A stretch of DNA of 43,699 nucleotides from the IMG/VR virus record IMGVR_UViG_2851982317_000004. The stretch is one strand, 5' to 3'. Made by a program: the position numbers and the translations under genes. Position 1 is the first letter of the stretch, and every line of letters begins with the position of its first letter. The DNA comes from a virus. Its lineage: Duplodnaviria; Heunggongvirae; Uroviricota; Caudoviricetes. Under the pieces are notes generated by a model that was not told where the DNA came from, did not search any database, and was given only the letters and a program-made list of their open reading frames with translations. This document shows, one piece after another, positions 1-7,797 of this stretch.

Positions 1-1119
1 TCAAATAACCAACTTAACCCATTCCTGACCTCGAGTATCGTTATAGCGATCGGTGGTTGCCTGGACTTTATGCCCCAGTAATGTTTTTGTATCGACACCC
101 TGTGCCCGGTACAGCCGTTCTGACAGGGAACGTTGTTCATGAAATGTTGGTGGTGTTTTTCCTGCTGGTGGAATTATTCCAGCCAGGTCCCGTGCTTTGG
201 CAAAGTAATCGCTCAGGTTGTCTTTACTCATCGGCTTCGGTTGTTTCTGGTGCCGACTATGGATTAGATATGGACTTAATATTCTGTCTCGGCACCCATC
301 AATAACTTCTTTTAACGTTATCCCAATGGCATCACAGCGTAGTGTAAGCGGTAACGCCAGACGCATTCCGGTTTTTCCCTGGGTGATATGCAGGTGTTCG
401 TTCCACACATCTGAAAAACGCATGTGGCAAATGTCATCACGGCGCTGACCAGTAACAATCGCAAGAAGCATTGCGTTACGGATAAAGTGTTTTTCAGGCG
501 TTGCGTTGTAAATTTTTTGCCAGTCTTCCAGGGTGAGCCTGGCTCTGGTTACTTTAGGGATCGGTTTACGGGTAGCCTCCGGAGGATTCCATCCAGGAGG
601 AACTTCCCCTGCATGCTGTGCTTCTTTATAAATATCAACCCATAATCCACGATTTACTCTCGCTGTGCTGACCATGTCTTTATCCAGCCACTCATCCAGT
701 ATTAATGCAAAGTCTCTTACTTCCAGTTCTTTCAATGGGTGGTTTCCCAGACGGGAAACCAGGTATGCAGCCATTCGGGCTTTTTCTTTGTGAGTTGTAG
801 TTGCAATATCCCCATTTTTCAGTCGCGTGTCCTGTATTTTCAGATATCGATCAACCCATGCCTTTAATCTGATACCCCGACGTTTTGTTGCTGACGGACT
901 TTCATCAATTTTGCGCATGAAATATTCAGCTTCTGCTGCAGCTATTCGCTGATTGGCTGTGGAAGCGATTTTTTCTGCTTTGCCTTTGTCTGTTCCGAGA
1001 CCGTGAAATTTTCCAGTCACAGGGTTTTTATACTGGTAGTAAACCCTGCCAGTTCTGCGATCAAACTTTTCGTAAAGACCGGTTACGTCAGTGCTGTTTT
1101 TTCGTGGCCTCGGTGACAT
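1..1119 (-). CDS. int: Phage integrase, tyrosine recombinase
   Basis: 372 aa ORF at the prophage edge with integrase-like length and C-terminal region (HxxR-like ...LLGHKVQATTDRY...); stop codon at window positions 1-3; xis-like ORF overlaps its 5' end. Confidence 0.88.
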   Translation of the reverse strand: MSPRPRKNSTDVTGLYEKFDRRTGRVYYQYKNPVTGKFHGLGTDKGKAEKIASTANQRIAAAEAEYFMRKIDESPSATKRRGIRLKAWVDRYLKIQDTRLKNGDIATTTHKEKARMAAYLVSRLGNHPLKELEVRDFALILDEWLDKDMVSTARVNRGLWVDIYKEAQHAGEVPPGWNPPEATRKPIPKVTRARLTLEDWQKIYNATPEKHFIRNAMLLAIVTGQRRDDICHMRFSDVWNEHLHITQGKTGMRLALPLTLRCDAIGITLKEVIDGCRDRILSPYLIHSRHQKQPKPMSKDNLSDYFAKARDLAGIIPPAGKTPPTFHEQRSLSERLYRAQGVDTKTLLGHKVQATTDRYNDTRGQEWVKLVI

Positions 1120-1366
1120 GAGTTAAAATCTCCTTCAGTGCATCATCATCGCCAGTATGAATTTCCGGCGCAATTCCCGTTTCACCAGGTCCAACAAATA
1201 CTGCCCGGCGATCTATCAGCCAACGCCCACGAATTTTTTGTGGTCTTGGAACGATGTATCCTAGTTTTCCGTATTTCACCAGGGTAGTGTTTGTTATTGG
1301 GAGACTGAACCGTTTTGGTTTCCACTCATCGAGCGTTATCAGGTACTGTTCGCTCATGGCTATCAC
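1088..1366 (-). CDS. xis: Excisionase-like protein
   Basis: 92 aa ORF overlapping the int start by about 30 nt; N-terminal YLITLDEW resembles the YLTLQEW start of lambda Xis (from memory). Confidence 0.7.
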   Translation of the reverse strand: MIAMSEQYLITLDEWKPKRFSLPITNTTLVKYGKLGYIVPRPQKIRGRWLIDRRAVFVGPGETGIAPEIHTGDDDALKEILTHVTEATKKQH

Positions 1367-1418
1367 TCCGGAACGCGCCAGTTGCAGAATACCAACGACA
1401 ACTGGCGACGGTTGAACA

Positions 1419-3890
1419 TTAAAAATCAGCCTGATTCGGAATCAGTTTTTGCCAGATAGCTGAAACGTATTTTGCCTGGTAACGGGCGTCATCAAGTGCA
1501 TTATGGCGCTCACCTTCGAATGGAATAGCCGTTCTGGCATCGAAGTCTATGGCTTTCCCCAGCTCAACGATTGTGCGTACATCGCGATCGTTGTAGTAAC
1601 GCCACGGGCAGGGGATCCCCTGCCGTTCGTATGAACGGCGCAAAATCGTGTTGTCGAAGTTGGCTCCATTTCCCCAGACCTGAACAAAAAATTCACCGGA
1701 GTTTTCGTCGATAAATTCCCGCAATTGTAACAGTGCATCATCTAACGGGATTTCATCGGTCATAATGGCAGATTGCGCTTCGCGTGATTGCTTAAGCCAC
1801 CATTTAATGGTGTCCCGATCAATGACTCCGCCAGCAGTTTCCAGATCGATAGTCTTACTAAATTCCGGTCCCATATCTCCGGTTTGCGGATCGAAAAATA
1901 TTGCACCTATTGAGATAATCGGGGCATCAGGATTTTTTCCCATGGTTTCAAGGTCGATCATTAGATGGTCACACGTCCTACTGGCGGATGTGATTTCGTG
2001 ATGACCGTTCACCTTAATTGAGTGATCTGCCGTCTCGCCAGTTTCATTATCGCTATTGTGATGCTGATTGCCGCCAGTGTTCTTCTTGTTTGGATGTTCA
2101 GCGCCTTCCATTTCCTCCGGATCATCTTCCTGAACTTCAACCTGATACTCTTCATCGAATGTTTCCTGGTATGTTGCGTCGCCCATCACCGCGCCACAAT
2201 CAGGGCAGTTGCCGCCGCCGGTCTGACCGCAGGCGGTGCAGATCTTTTCCGGTTCCTGTTGCACTACTGGTTCAGGTTGTTTCGTTTCTTGCTCGTTTTG
2301 TAACGCATTTGGGCTGTTTTGTTCCGCTTTCTGGCCGTTCTGTTCCGTTTCTTGCTGGTTCTGGTTCACAGAATCGCGGGTTTCCATCCCCTTCACCCAT
2401 TTCGGATCATTCGGATCGCTAATTCCTACAACAAATTCACCACGTGATACTGCAAGCAGTTCATCGGCGTCAGGCTGGCTGATATTGGCTGCCTGCATAA
2501 TGTTGTTTACTTCGTCAGCGGTAACTTTTACCGGCCCTGGTTGTGCGGTCGTGTCAGATGCACCAGTATTTTGTTGTGAACCTGAGTATGTACTGTTTTT
2601 GCGGACGAAATATTCTTCTTTCGTGATTTCAGTAGCCCCGGCAGCCAGTGCCTTATCCAGACCAGAAAGTTTGTTTGCGCGACCGTATTTTTCACCATCC
2701 TTGTCGGTGAAGAGGAAGTAGAACGGCCCCTCACGCTCTACAGATGGTTCGACTTCCACTTTGCATTCGGTTTTTTCGTTGTCCGGAATTGCCGTTTCCA
2801 CTGCATCAGTTTCTGGTACTGGCGACGAGAGAGTATCAGTTGCGATCTGATTTGTTCCTTCATCTTCAAACACGCCCTTTGTAGTCAGGTATTCAGTAAT
2901 GTATTTGTTCAGTGCCACAGGGTCTTTGTGAATGTCGATCGGACGCTCACGGACAAGGCCAAAAATAGTCTGGCGGTCGTAGCGAAGGGCATCAGGCTGT
3001 TTGCGCATTGATGCTGAGATACGCTTCCAGTCTTCGCGGTCGTTGTTGATAACTTCATTTTTTGCCCAGCGATGGATGCTGCCGTCAATGTTTCCGGCAT
3101 CAATGTCACCAGGCCACAGAGCGTAGGCCAGTTCATCATCCAGTGTTTTCCATGTCTGCTTATATTCGCGACGAATGACTGCAGTGACAGGGGGGATATT
3201 TTCTGCTGAGTTTTCAGTGTGCTGTCGGTTGACTCTGGCGCGGGCGAGATCAACAGCAGACGTGTATTTTCCGGTTTCCTTGCGTTCACCTTCGCGACGT
3301 TTTTTCCAGATGCGCATCTCTGCCTGAATTTCGGGCCATTTAGCTCCAGGCTTACATTTATGCTTAACCCACCCGATGGCATGCAACTTAAGTTCTGGAT
3401 ACATGGCGTTAACTTCTGGCATTTTCATCAACGCTTCAACGATATGTCCGTCGAATGTTGCCATGTCTTCCTGCAACAGTTCCTGTGCACTAATCACCAT
3501 ATCAACGGTGATGTTTTCACATGTGTCGAACTTAACCATGACAGCGTTCTGTACTTCAGGGGCCAGCTTGTCAAAAGTGACGTTCATCGGATCTGATTCA
3601 GTCTCAACCGGGACAAAGGAAGCTGACTCCTCATCCCAGCGGTTTTCCTGCATATATTCAGCATCCCAGGAATCGAGGGCAGGGCGGGGTATACCGGGTT
3701 TATCCTCGCAAACAAGAAATTTATAAGCGCAGTCCTGAGCAGCCGGATATTGCTCCAGGAATTGCCAGGTAAATTTGGCACGGGCGCGGCGTTCGTCGCC
3801 AGCTTCAATGGCAGTGGCTACAGCGACTGCACCTTCTTCCTTTATTGCCTGTTCGTCCGGAATAGCGGCGCAAATAAAGACTTTACTCAT
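1419..3890 (-). CDS. Large exonuclease: RecE-like central region plus C-terminal DEDDh 3'-5' exonuclease domain
   Basis: 823 aa. C-terminal ~180 aa carry DnaQ-like motifs (MIDLETMG, WGNGANFD, HNALDDARY). The segment LLAVSRGEFVVGISDPNDPKWVKG resembles, from memory, a conserved stretch of Rac RecE. Sits directly upstream of xis/int. Confidence 0.75.
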   Translation of the reverse strand: MSKVFICAAIPDEQAIKEEGAVAVATAIEAGDERRARAKFTWQFLEQYPAAQDCAYKFLVCEDKPGIPRPALDSWDAEYMQENRWDEESASFVPVETESDPMNVTFDKLAPEVQNAVMVKFDTCENITVDMVISAQELLQEDMATFDGHIVEALMKMPEVNAMYPELKLHAIGWVKHKCKPGAKWPEIQAEMRIWKKRREGERKETGKYTSAVDLARARVNRQHTENSAENIPPVTAVIRREYKQTWKTLDDELAYALWPGDIDAGNIDGSIHRWAKNEVINNDREDWKRISASMRKQPDALRYDRQTIFGLVRERPIDIHKDPVALNKYITEYLTTKGVFEDEGTNQIATDTLSSPVPETDAVETAIPDNEKTECKVEVEPSVEREGPFYFLFTDKDGEKYGRANKLSGLDKALAAGATEITKEEYFVRKNSTYSGSQQNTGASDTTAQPGPVKVTADEVNNIMQAANISQPDADELLAVSRGEFVVGISDPNDPKWVKGMETRDSVNQNQQETEQNGQKAEQNSPNALQNEQETKQPEPVVQQEPEKICTACGQTGGGNCPDCGAVMGDATYQETFDEEYQVEVQEDDPEEMEGAEHPNKKNTGGNQHHNSDNETGETADHSIKVNGHHEITSASRTCDHLMIDLETMGKNPDAPIISIGAIFFDPQTGDMGPEFSKTIDLETAGGVIDRDTIKWWLKQSREAQSAIMTDEIPLDDALLQLREFIDENSGEFFVQVWGNGANFDNTILRRSYERQGIPCPWRYYNDRDVRTIVELGKAIDFDARTAIPFEGERHNALDDARYQAKYVSAIWQKLIPNQADF

Positions 3891-3969
3891 GTTGTTTTAA
3901 CCTCATTACAGATTTAAGGGTGAACAAATCCCTGCCATTGCTGGCATATAAAATGAAACCGGATATTAA

Positions 3970-4227
3970 TTACGGCGCTGTTTTAAGTCCTGCCGGGATT
4001 TCGTTATTATCCATGTGAATAACTTTATCGACCGGATAGCAGTTACCGGGAATTTTTTGTTCTGCTGCGGCAGCTATGCATTCTTTCATTGAACCGTAAA
4101 TGTTAATAACCATGTCAACAGGCTCGCCAGTATTAAGAAAAACAGTCAGAGTGAGGGCAATAGCAGTATTCATTGCCAGTATCCTTTTTGCATCGGGCGT
4201 AAACGGGCCAGCATTGAAAGAATGCAT
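3970..4227 (-). CDS. Small hypothetical protein with hydrophobic N-terminal segment
   Basis: ORF in the leftward early operon. An internal ATG near 4173 forms an ATGA overlap with the stop of the upstream ORF, suggesting the real product is ~67 aa (MNTAIALTLTVF...). Confidence 0.4.
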   Translation of the reverse strand: MHSFNAGPFTPDAKRILAMNTAIALTLTVFLNTGEPVDMVINIYGSMKECIAAAAEQKIPGNCYPVDKVIHMDNNEIPAGLKTAP

Positions 4228-4454
4228 ATTTTATTTAATAGCTCCCGTTCGTATTTTCTCTTATTAATGGCATCTTCAGTAAATACAGGGTTACTGATTC
4301 TGACACCAATTTCAAAACAACCTTCAGACGTATTGACGTTTGGTAATAACGTTTCCATTATCGCGTCCTCAACAATGAATTTTGTGATGCGGCGCCTGGT
4401 GCCTCCAGGTGACGTTAACCAGTTAACAATTAACGCCGGATACAGAGAACCCAC
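4170..4454 (-). CDS. Hypothetical early protein
   Basis: Track ORF starts with GTG; an internal ATG near 4358 has a GAGGA Shine-Dalgarno 6-7 nt upstream (METLLPNV..., ~62 aa). AT-rich. Confidence 0.35.
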   Translation of the reverse strand: MGSLYPALIVNWLTSPGGTRRRITKFIVEDAIMETLLPNVNTSEGCFEIGVRISNPVFTEDAINKRKYERELLNKICILSMLARLRPMQKGYWQ

Positions 4455-4540
4455 CCATAAGAACCAATACGGAAGTCAACTGGCCTTTTTAACTGTTCCG
4501 CGTGCGCTGAGCCGCATTCACCGCATCACAAAATTCACTT

Positions 4541-4587
4541 TAAAAAGGGCGGGTATCACAAGGGAAAACAAAAAACGGATACCCGCC
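4541..4587 (-). terminator. Candidate intrinsic terminator for leftward transcription
   Basis: Perfect 10-bp inverted repeat GGCGGGTATC / GATACCCGCC (about 4548-4557 and 4578-4587) followed on the minus strand by CTTTTTA; the loop is long (20 nt), which lowers confidence. Confidence 0.4.
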
Positions 4588-4927
4588 AAAAGGTAATCAG
4601 CATGGGTTGTTGCAGCGGAGTTGTCACTTAAGCGTATGGTCAACCTGACAACCCGGTGCTCCACAGGGGAGGGAGAATAGTACCCCTGCCATACTTACCG
4701 CCGCGCCATTTCGCGGATTGCCACAACCGGAAGCGTACGGTCGAATTAAATTTAACGACAAGCCTCATAGGTGAAGGCCTTCGCCGTACGCTTTCGTGTT
4801 ATGCCCTGACTTTTCAGGGATATATCCTTTCAGTAAACTGTCAGTGCCGGATGCTCACCCGTGTCCGGCGCACGCACTCCACCTCACCCGTGGAGAACTC
4901 CTTAATTACCAACCCTCAGGAGGGTGA

Positions 4928-5161
4928 ATGTTAAAATCAACTCTTATTGCTAAATGCCTTTATCAAAATCGCATGGTAAGCAGCATTTCAATAGGCGAGT
5001 CTGCAGTTAAAAGTATTTTCGAAGAGTACTTTTCCGGGCATGATTTTAATAAATGGAATACTAAATTACCGCCAGCAGTTTCAACGCGTATTCTGAAAGC
5101 AACTGAAAGAGCAAGTACAATTCGCGTTAACTATTTCATTAAAGATTTGTGGGATCTTTGA
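4928..5161 (+). CDS. Hypothetical 77 aa protein, rightward, opposite to the early-left operon
   Basis: ORF preceded by AGGAGG 5 nt upstream of the ATG; AT-rich coding sequence; 3' end overlaps the convergent 135 aa ORF by about 23 nt. Confidence 0.5.
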   Translation: MLKSTLIAKCLYQNRMVSSISIGESAVKSIFEEYFSGHDFNKWNTKLPPAVSTRILKATERASTIRVNYFIKDLWDL

Positions 5162-5546
5162 TATCCACAGAGCCTAAAGTATGTGCATATGGATGTGCTA
5201 TTGTGCGCCCCTGTAAATTTGCATCGTTTTCTAAATCTTTTGATTTCAACAGAACATCAGCAAGACTCTGAATCATGCAGAGATAATCAAAAGCAGTTGC
5301 CGTTTCTGTTCTGATTGCTGAAATAACATGACCATTCAGGCAAACAGAAATTACCCGTTCATCAATATCGTTTTCCTGTTTTTGATTATCAGAACCATAT
5401 AGCCCTGAAAAAGCATTGCGCACATTACGAACCATATTATCGATGGTTTCTTTTTTGGTGTATGCCGGGTCAATTTTCACCAGACTATCACCGAGTGTCG
5501 TTGCAGCAATTATCTGGATTTCTTTTGGTAAATCTTTAAATTCCAT
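5139..5546 (-). CDS. Hypothetical 135 aa protein
   Basis: ORF with GAGG 7 nt upstream of the ATG; begins right after the stop of the upstream ORF (5569); AT-rich; contains RTIAHPYAH, which only loosely resembles a HEPN-type R-x-H motif. Confidence 0.55.
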   Translation of the reverse strand: MEFKDLPKEIQIIAATTLGDSLVKIDPAYTKKETIDNMVRNVRNAFSGLYGSDNQKQENDIDERVISVCLNGHVISAIRTETATAFDYLCMIQSLADVLLKSKDLENDANLQGRTIAHPYAHTLGSVDIKDPTNL

Positions 5547-5568
5547 TATTAGCCTCGTTGGTTAGCCA

Positions 5569-5787
5569 TTAACGTGGGTATGTAATCATTCTGGCAATGC
5601 TTAATGCCGCTGCTTTTTCCAGATTGGTGATATCCTGCTCCAGAGCGGACAGATTTTCAGCTTGCTTAGCCCTGGCTTCATTGGCCCATTTCAGGTCCTG
5701 CGCAGCCTTAATTTTCTGGTGCATCCACTCATAAAGTTCATCATCGGTATAGTCTGGCGCGATGATGACGGGTTCTCGTTTCTGCAT
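5569..5787 (-). CDS. Hypothetical 72 aa early protein
   Basis: ORF in the leftward operon between the repressor region and the exonuclease; helical, charged composition. Confidence 0.5.
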   Translation of the reverse strand: MQKREPVIIAPDYTDDELYEWMHQKIKAAQDLKWANEARAKQAENLSALEQDITNLEKAAALSIARMITYPR

Positions 5788-5817
5788 ACTGATTCCTCGC
5801 GGTGCTGCTTCGCTTAT

Positions 5818-5945
5818 CAGCCGTTAGATTTTGCCGAGCTGGAAAGCGCCTGTATAAACTCACTGAAGCTGAGAGCTTCTTCGCCTTTGGCAAGGCCTTC
5901 GAAGTATTCTTCGTAAGCCTTTTCCATGATTGTGTCGAAATCCAT
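5818..5945 (-). CDS. Small hypothetical protein, ~42 aa (below track cutoff)
   Basis: Hand-translated minus-strand ORF MDFDTIMEKAYEEYFEGLAKGEEALSFSEFIQALSSSAKSNG; its ATG sits 2 nt after the stop of the upstream ORF (5947). Confidence 0.35.
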
Positions 5946-5946
5946 A

Positions 5947-6183
5947 TCACTCACCTGAGTTTCTTTCCAGCCAGCGACGGGCACCATTTTCGGTTTTAAA
6001 CGTTTTGCTTTTGGTATACGTCATCGCGGTGAACGTACCGTCCTGGTTGGGGAACACGCCACATACCAGAGATTCGTTGTTGCCAAGATCGATAGTATCC
6101 ATGTTGACCTCATTTCCCCTTAACGCCGGGGTAGCGGAACAAAAACCTGCTGCATAGTTATTAAAGTTGAACCCTGCCGTCAT
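5947..6183 (-). CDS. Hypothetical 78 aa protein, first gene of the leftward early operon
   Basis: ORF immediately downstream (leftward) of the candidate PL; not Arg-rich, so not an N-like antiterminator. Confidence 0.5.
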   Translation of the reverse strand: MTAGFNFNNYAAGFCSATPALRGNEVNMDTIDLGNNESLVCGVFPNQDGTFTAMTYTKSKTFKTENGARRWLERNSGE

Positions 6184-6283
6184 GTTCTTACGCCTCGGGC
6201 TGGCTACTTAACCCCTGACCACTGCCTAGTAACTCGAAGTATTGCCCTGCGTTCTGTGGGGCGGGGTGGGTTGATATGCAATA

Positions 6284-6312
6284 AATCTAAAAGTATTTAG
6301 TTTTATAGTCAA
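6284..6312 (-). promoter_or_regulatory. Candidate leftward early promoter (PL-like) overlapping operator repeats
   Basis: Minus strand reads TTGACT, 17 nt, TAGATT; AATCTAAA-type repeats overlap (about 6285 and 6318). Confidence 0.4.
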
Positions 6313-6332
6313 GTAAAAATCTAAATTAATTT

Positions 6333-6357
6333 AAAAAAAGGTCGGCATAACCGACCT
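6333..6357 (-). terminator. Intrinsic terminator downstream of the repressor gene
   Basis: 7-bp stem AGGTCGG / CCGACCT with 5-nt loop, followed on the minus strand by a T6 run. Confidence 0.5.
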
Positions 6358-6379
6358 TAAGTTCAAGAACATGGCAGGG

Positions 6380-7027
6380 TTATAGGTTGAACTGTACACC
6401 CTTTGCTACGGCAACAATTTTACACTCTGGCGTAAGCAAGGATGATTGATAGCGCGGATTGAGAGGGCTTAAATACACAAGTTTTCCATCAATAACTAAT
6501 TTTTTTATAGTCATAGACGGTTCATTTGTAAGAGGATCTGGAACTATTACAGCGACGATACTGCCATTTTTATAACTTTCTCCTGGTCTTAGGATCACAG
6601 TGGCACCAACTGGGATACTTGGCGACCCTGAGGGGTTATGCATAGTGTCATCAGGCATTGAAACGGCAAAATCACCTTCCACTACATCAAAGAATGTGGT
6701 GATCCTATCGACATTTCCCATTGTTTTCTCTCCTTCTAAGATTAGGAAAGAAATCGCGTCACCCCACGAAAAGTAGGGGATCTTGGTGCCTGGATTGCTC
6801 TGCACAAAAGATAGTTCAGGAGACGATACTCCATACAGGAGATAGGACTCAGTAGTTCCTAATGCTTGGGCTAACTTACTTAGAGCTTTGCTGCCGGGTT
6901 CGTTTAGATCTTTCTCCCAGTACCCTATAGTAACCCCAGTCACGCCTGAAAGCTTACCCAGTTCTACTTGGGTGAGTCCCTTATCTTTTCTGAGTTTCTT
7001 AAGCCTGATGCCAAGGCTTTCCATCAT
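6380..7027 (-). CDS. Phage repressor, cI/LexA-like (HTH plus S24 peptidase-like C-terminal domain)
   Basis: 215 aa; N-terminal HTH-like LTQVELGKLSGVTGVTIGYWEK; C-terminal half has the length and Ser...Lys spacing of an autocleaving S24 domain; divergent from the Cro-like gene with operator repeats on both sides. Confidence 0.85.
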   Translation of the reverse strand: MMESLGIRLKKLRKDKGLTQVELGKLSGVTGVTIGYWEKDLNEPGSKALSKLAQALGTTESYLLYGVSSPELSFVQSNPGTKIPYFSWGDAISFLILEGEKTMGNVDRITTFFDVVEGDFAVSMPDDTMHNPSGSPSIPVGATVILRPGESYKNGSIVAVIVPDPLTNEPSMTIKKLVIDGKLVYLSPLNPRYQSSLLTPECKIVAVAKGVQFNL

Positions 7028-7066
7028 TTTCTCCCGCGAGTTGAATATAAATTATTTTAGATTGCA

Positions 7067-7095
7067 TTGACCTAAAAAAAATTATCCTGTAATCT
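7067..7095 (+). promoter_or_regulatory. Candidate rightward early promoter (PR-like) with overlapping operator palindrome
   Basis: TTGACC, 17 nt, TAATCT about 30 nt upstream of the Cro-like ATG; the -10 overlaps the palindrome AATCTAAAAATACTTAGATT. Confidence 0.5.
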
Positions 7096-7123
7096 AAAAA
7101 TACTTAGATTTCAGGAGGGCGAA

Positions 7124-7351
7124 ATGCGAGTTGATGAACTTGTTCAGTTTTTTGGCTCTGTTCAGAGGGTCGCTGATTTTTATGGGATAACCCGCGAAGC
7201 TATTTACATGTGGCGTAAGCGCCCCGGTGAAATAGTTCCGAAAGGGAGAGCTGCGGAAGCTGCTGCATACTCCAAGGGAAAATTATCTTTGAACCCAGAG
7301 CTTTACAAAAAGAAGGATACCACTCAGAGCGAAAGGAAGAGTGATTCATGA
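7124..7351 (+). CDS. Cro-like small DNA-binding regulator
   Basis: 75 aa ORF divergent from the repressor, directly downstream of the PR-like promoter; HTH-like segment FYGITREAIYMWRKR. Confidence 0.65.
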   Translation: MRVDELVQFFGSVQRVADFYGITREAIYMWRKRPGEIVPKGRAAEAAAYSKGKLSLNPELYKKKDTTQSERKSDS

Positions 7352-7773
7352 AAATCAAGCATGAGCATATCCGCATGGCGATGAATGCCTGGGCGCGTCC
7401 TGATGGCGAAAAAGTTCCGGCAGCTGGAATAACCCAGGCTTATTTTGAGTTGGGTATGACGTTTCCTGAACTGTACGACGACAGCCATCCGGAAGCCCTG
7501 TCTCGTAATACCCAGAAAATTTTCCGCTGGGTAGAAAAAGACACCCCTGATGCGGTTAAAAAAATTCAGGCGTTGTTACCGGCGATCGAAAAAGCAATGC
7601 CGCCTCCGCTGGTGGCCCGAATGCGCAGCCACAGTTCGGAATATCACCGGGAGCTTGTCGAGCGACGGGAGCGCCTGGTGAAAGATATCGATGAGTTTGT
7701 TGCGGCAGCGATCGTGTTGTTCGATCAGATGAATCGTGGTGGTCCGGCGGGAAATGCCGTGGTGGCGCATTGA
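7348..7773 (+). CDS. YdaT-like protein (CII-position gene)
   Basis: 141 aa; start overlaps the Cro-like stop; the N-terminus MKIKHEHI matches my recollection of Rac YdaT; sits in the cII position. Confidence 0.5.
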   Translation: MKIKHEHIRMAMNAWARPDGEKVPAAGITQAYFELGMTFPELYDDSHPEALSRNTQKIFRWVEKDTPDAVKKIQALLPAIEKAMPPPLVARMRSHSSEYHRELVERRERLVKDIDEFVAAAIVLFDQMNRGGPAGNAVVAH

Positions 7774-7797
7774 TAACGTGTTCTGGGGGGGGGGAGG

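Noticed and set aside
4656-4934. 92 aa plus-strand ORF in the palindrome-rich segment
   Set aside because: Non-protein-like composition and no ribosome-binding site; the region is better explained as non-coding (see finding).
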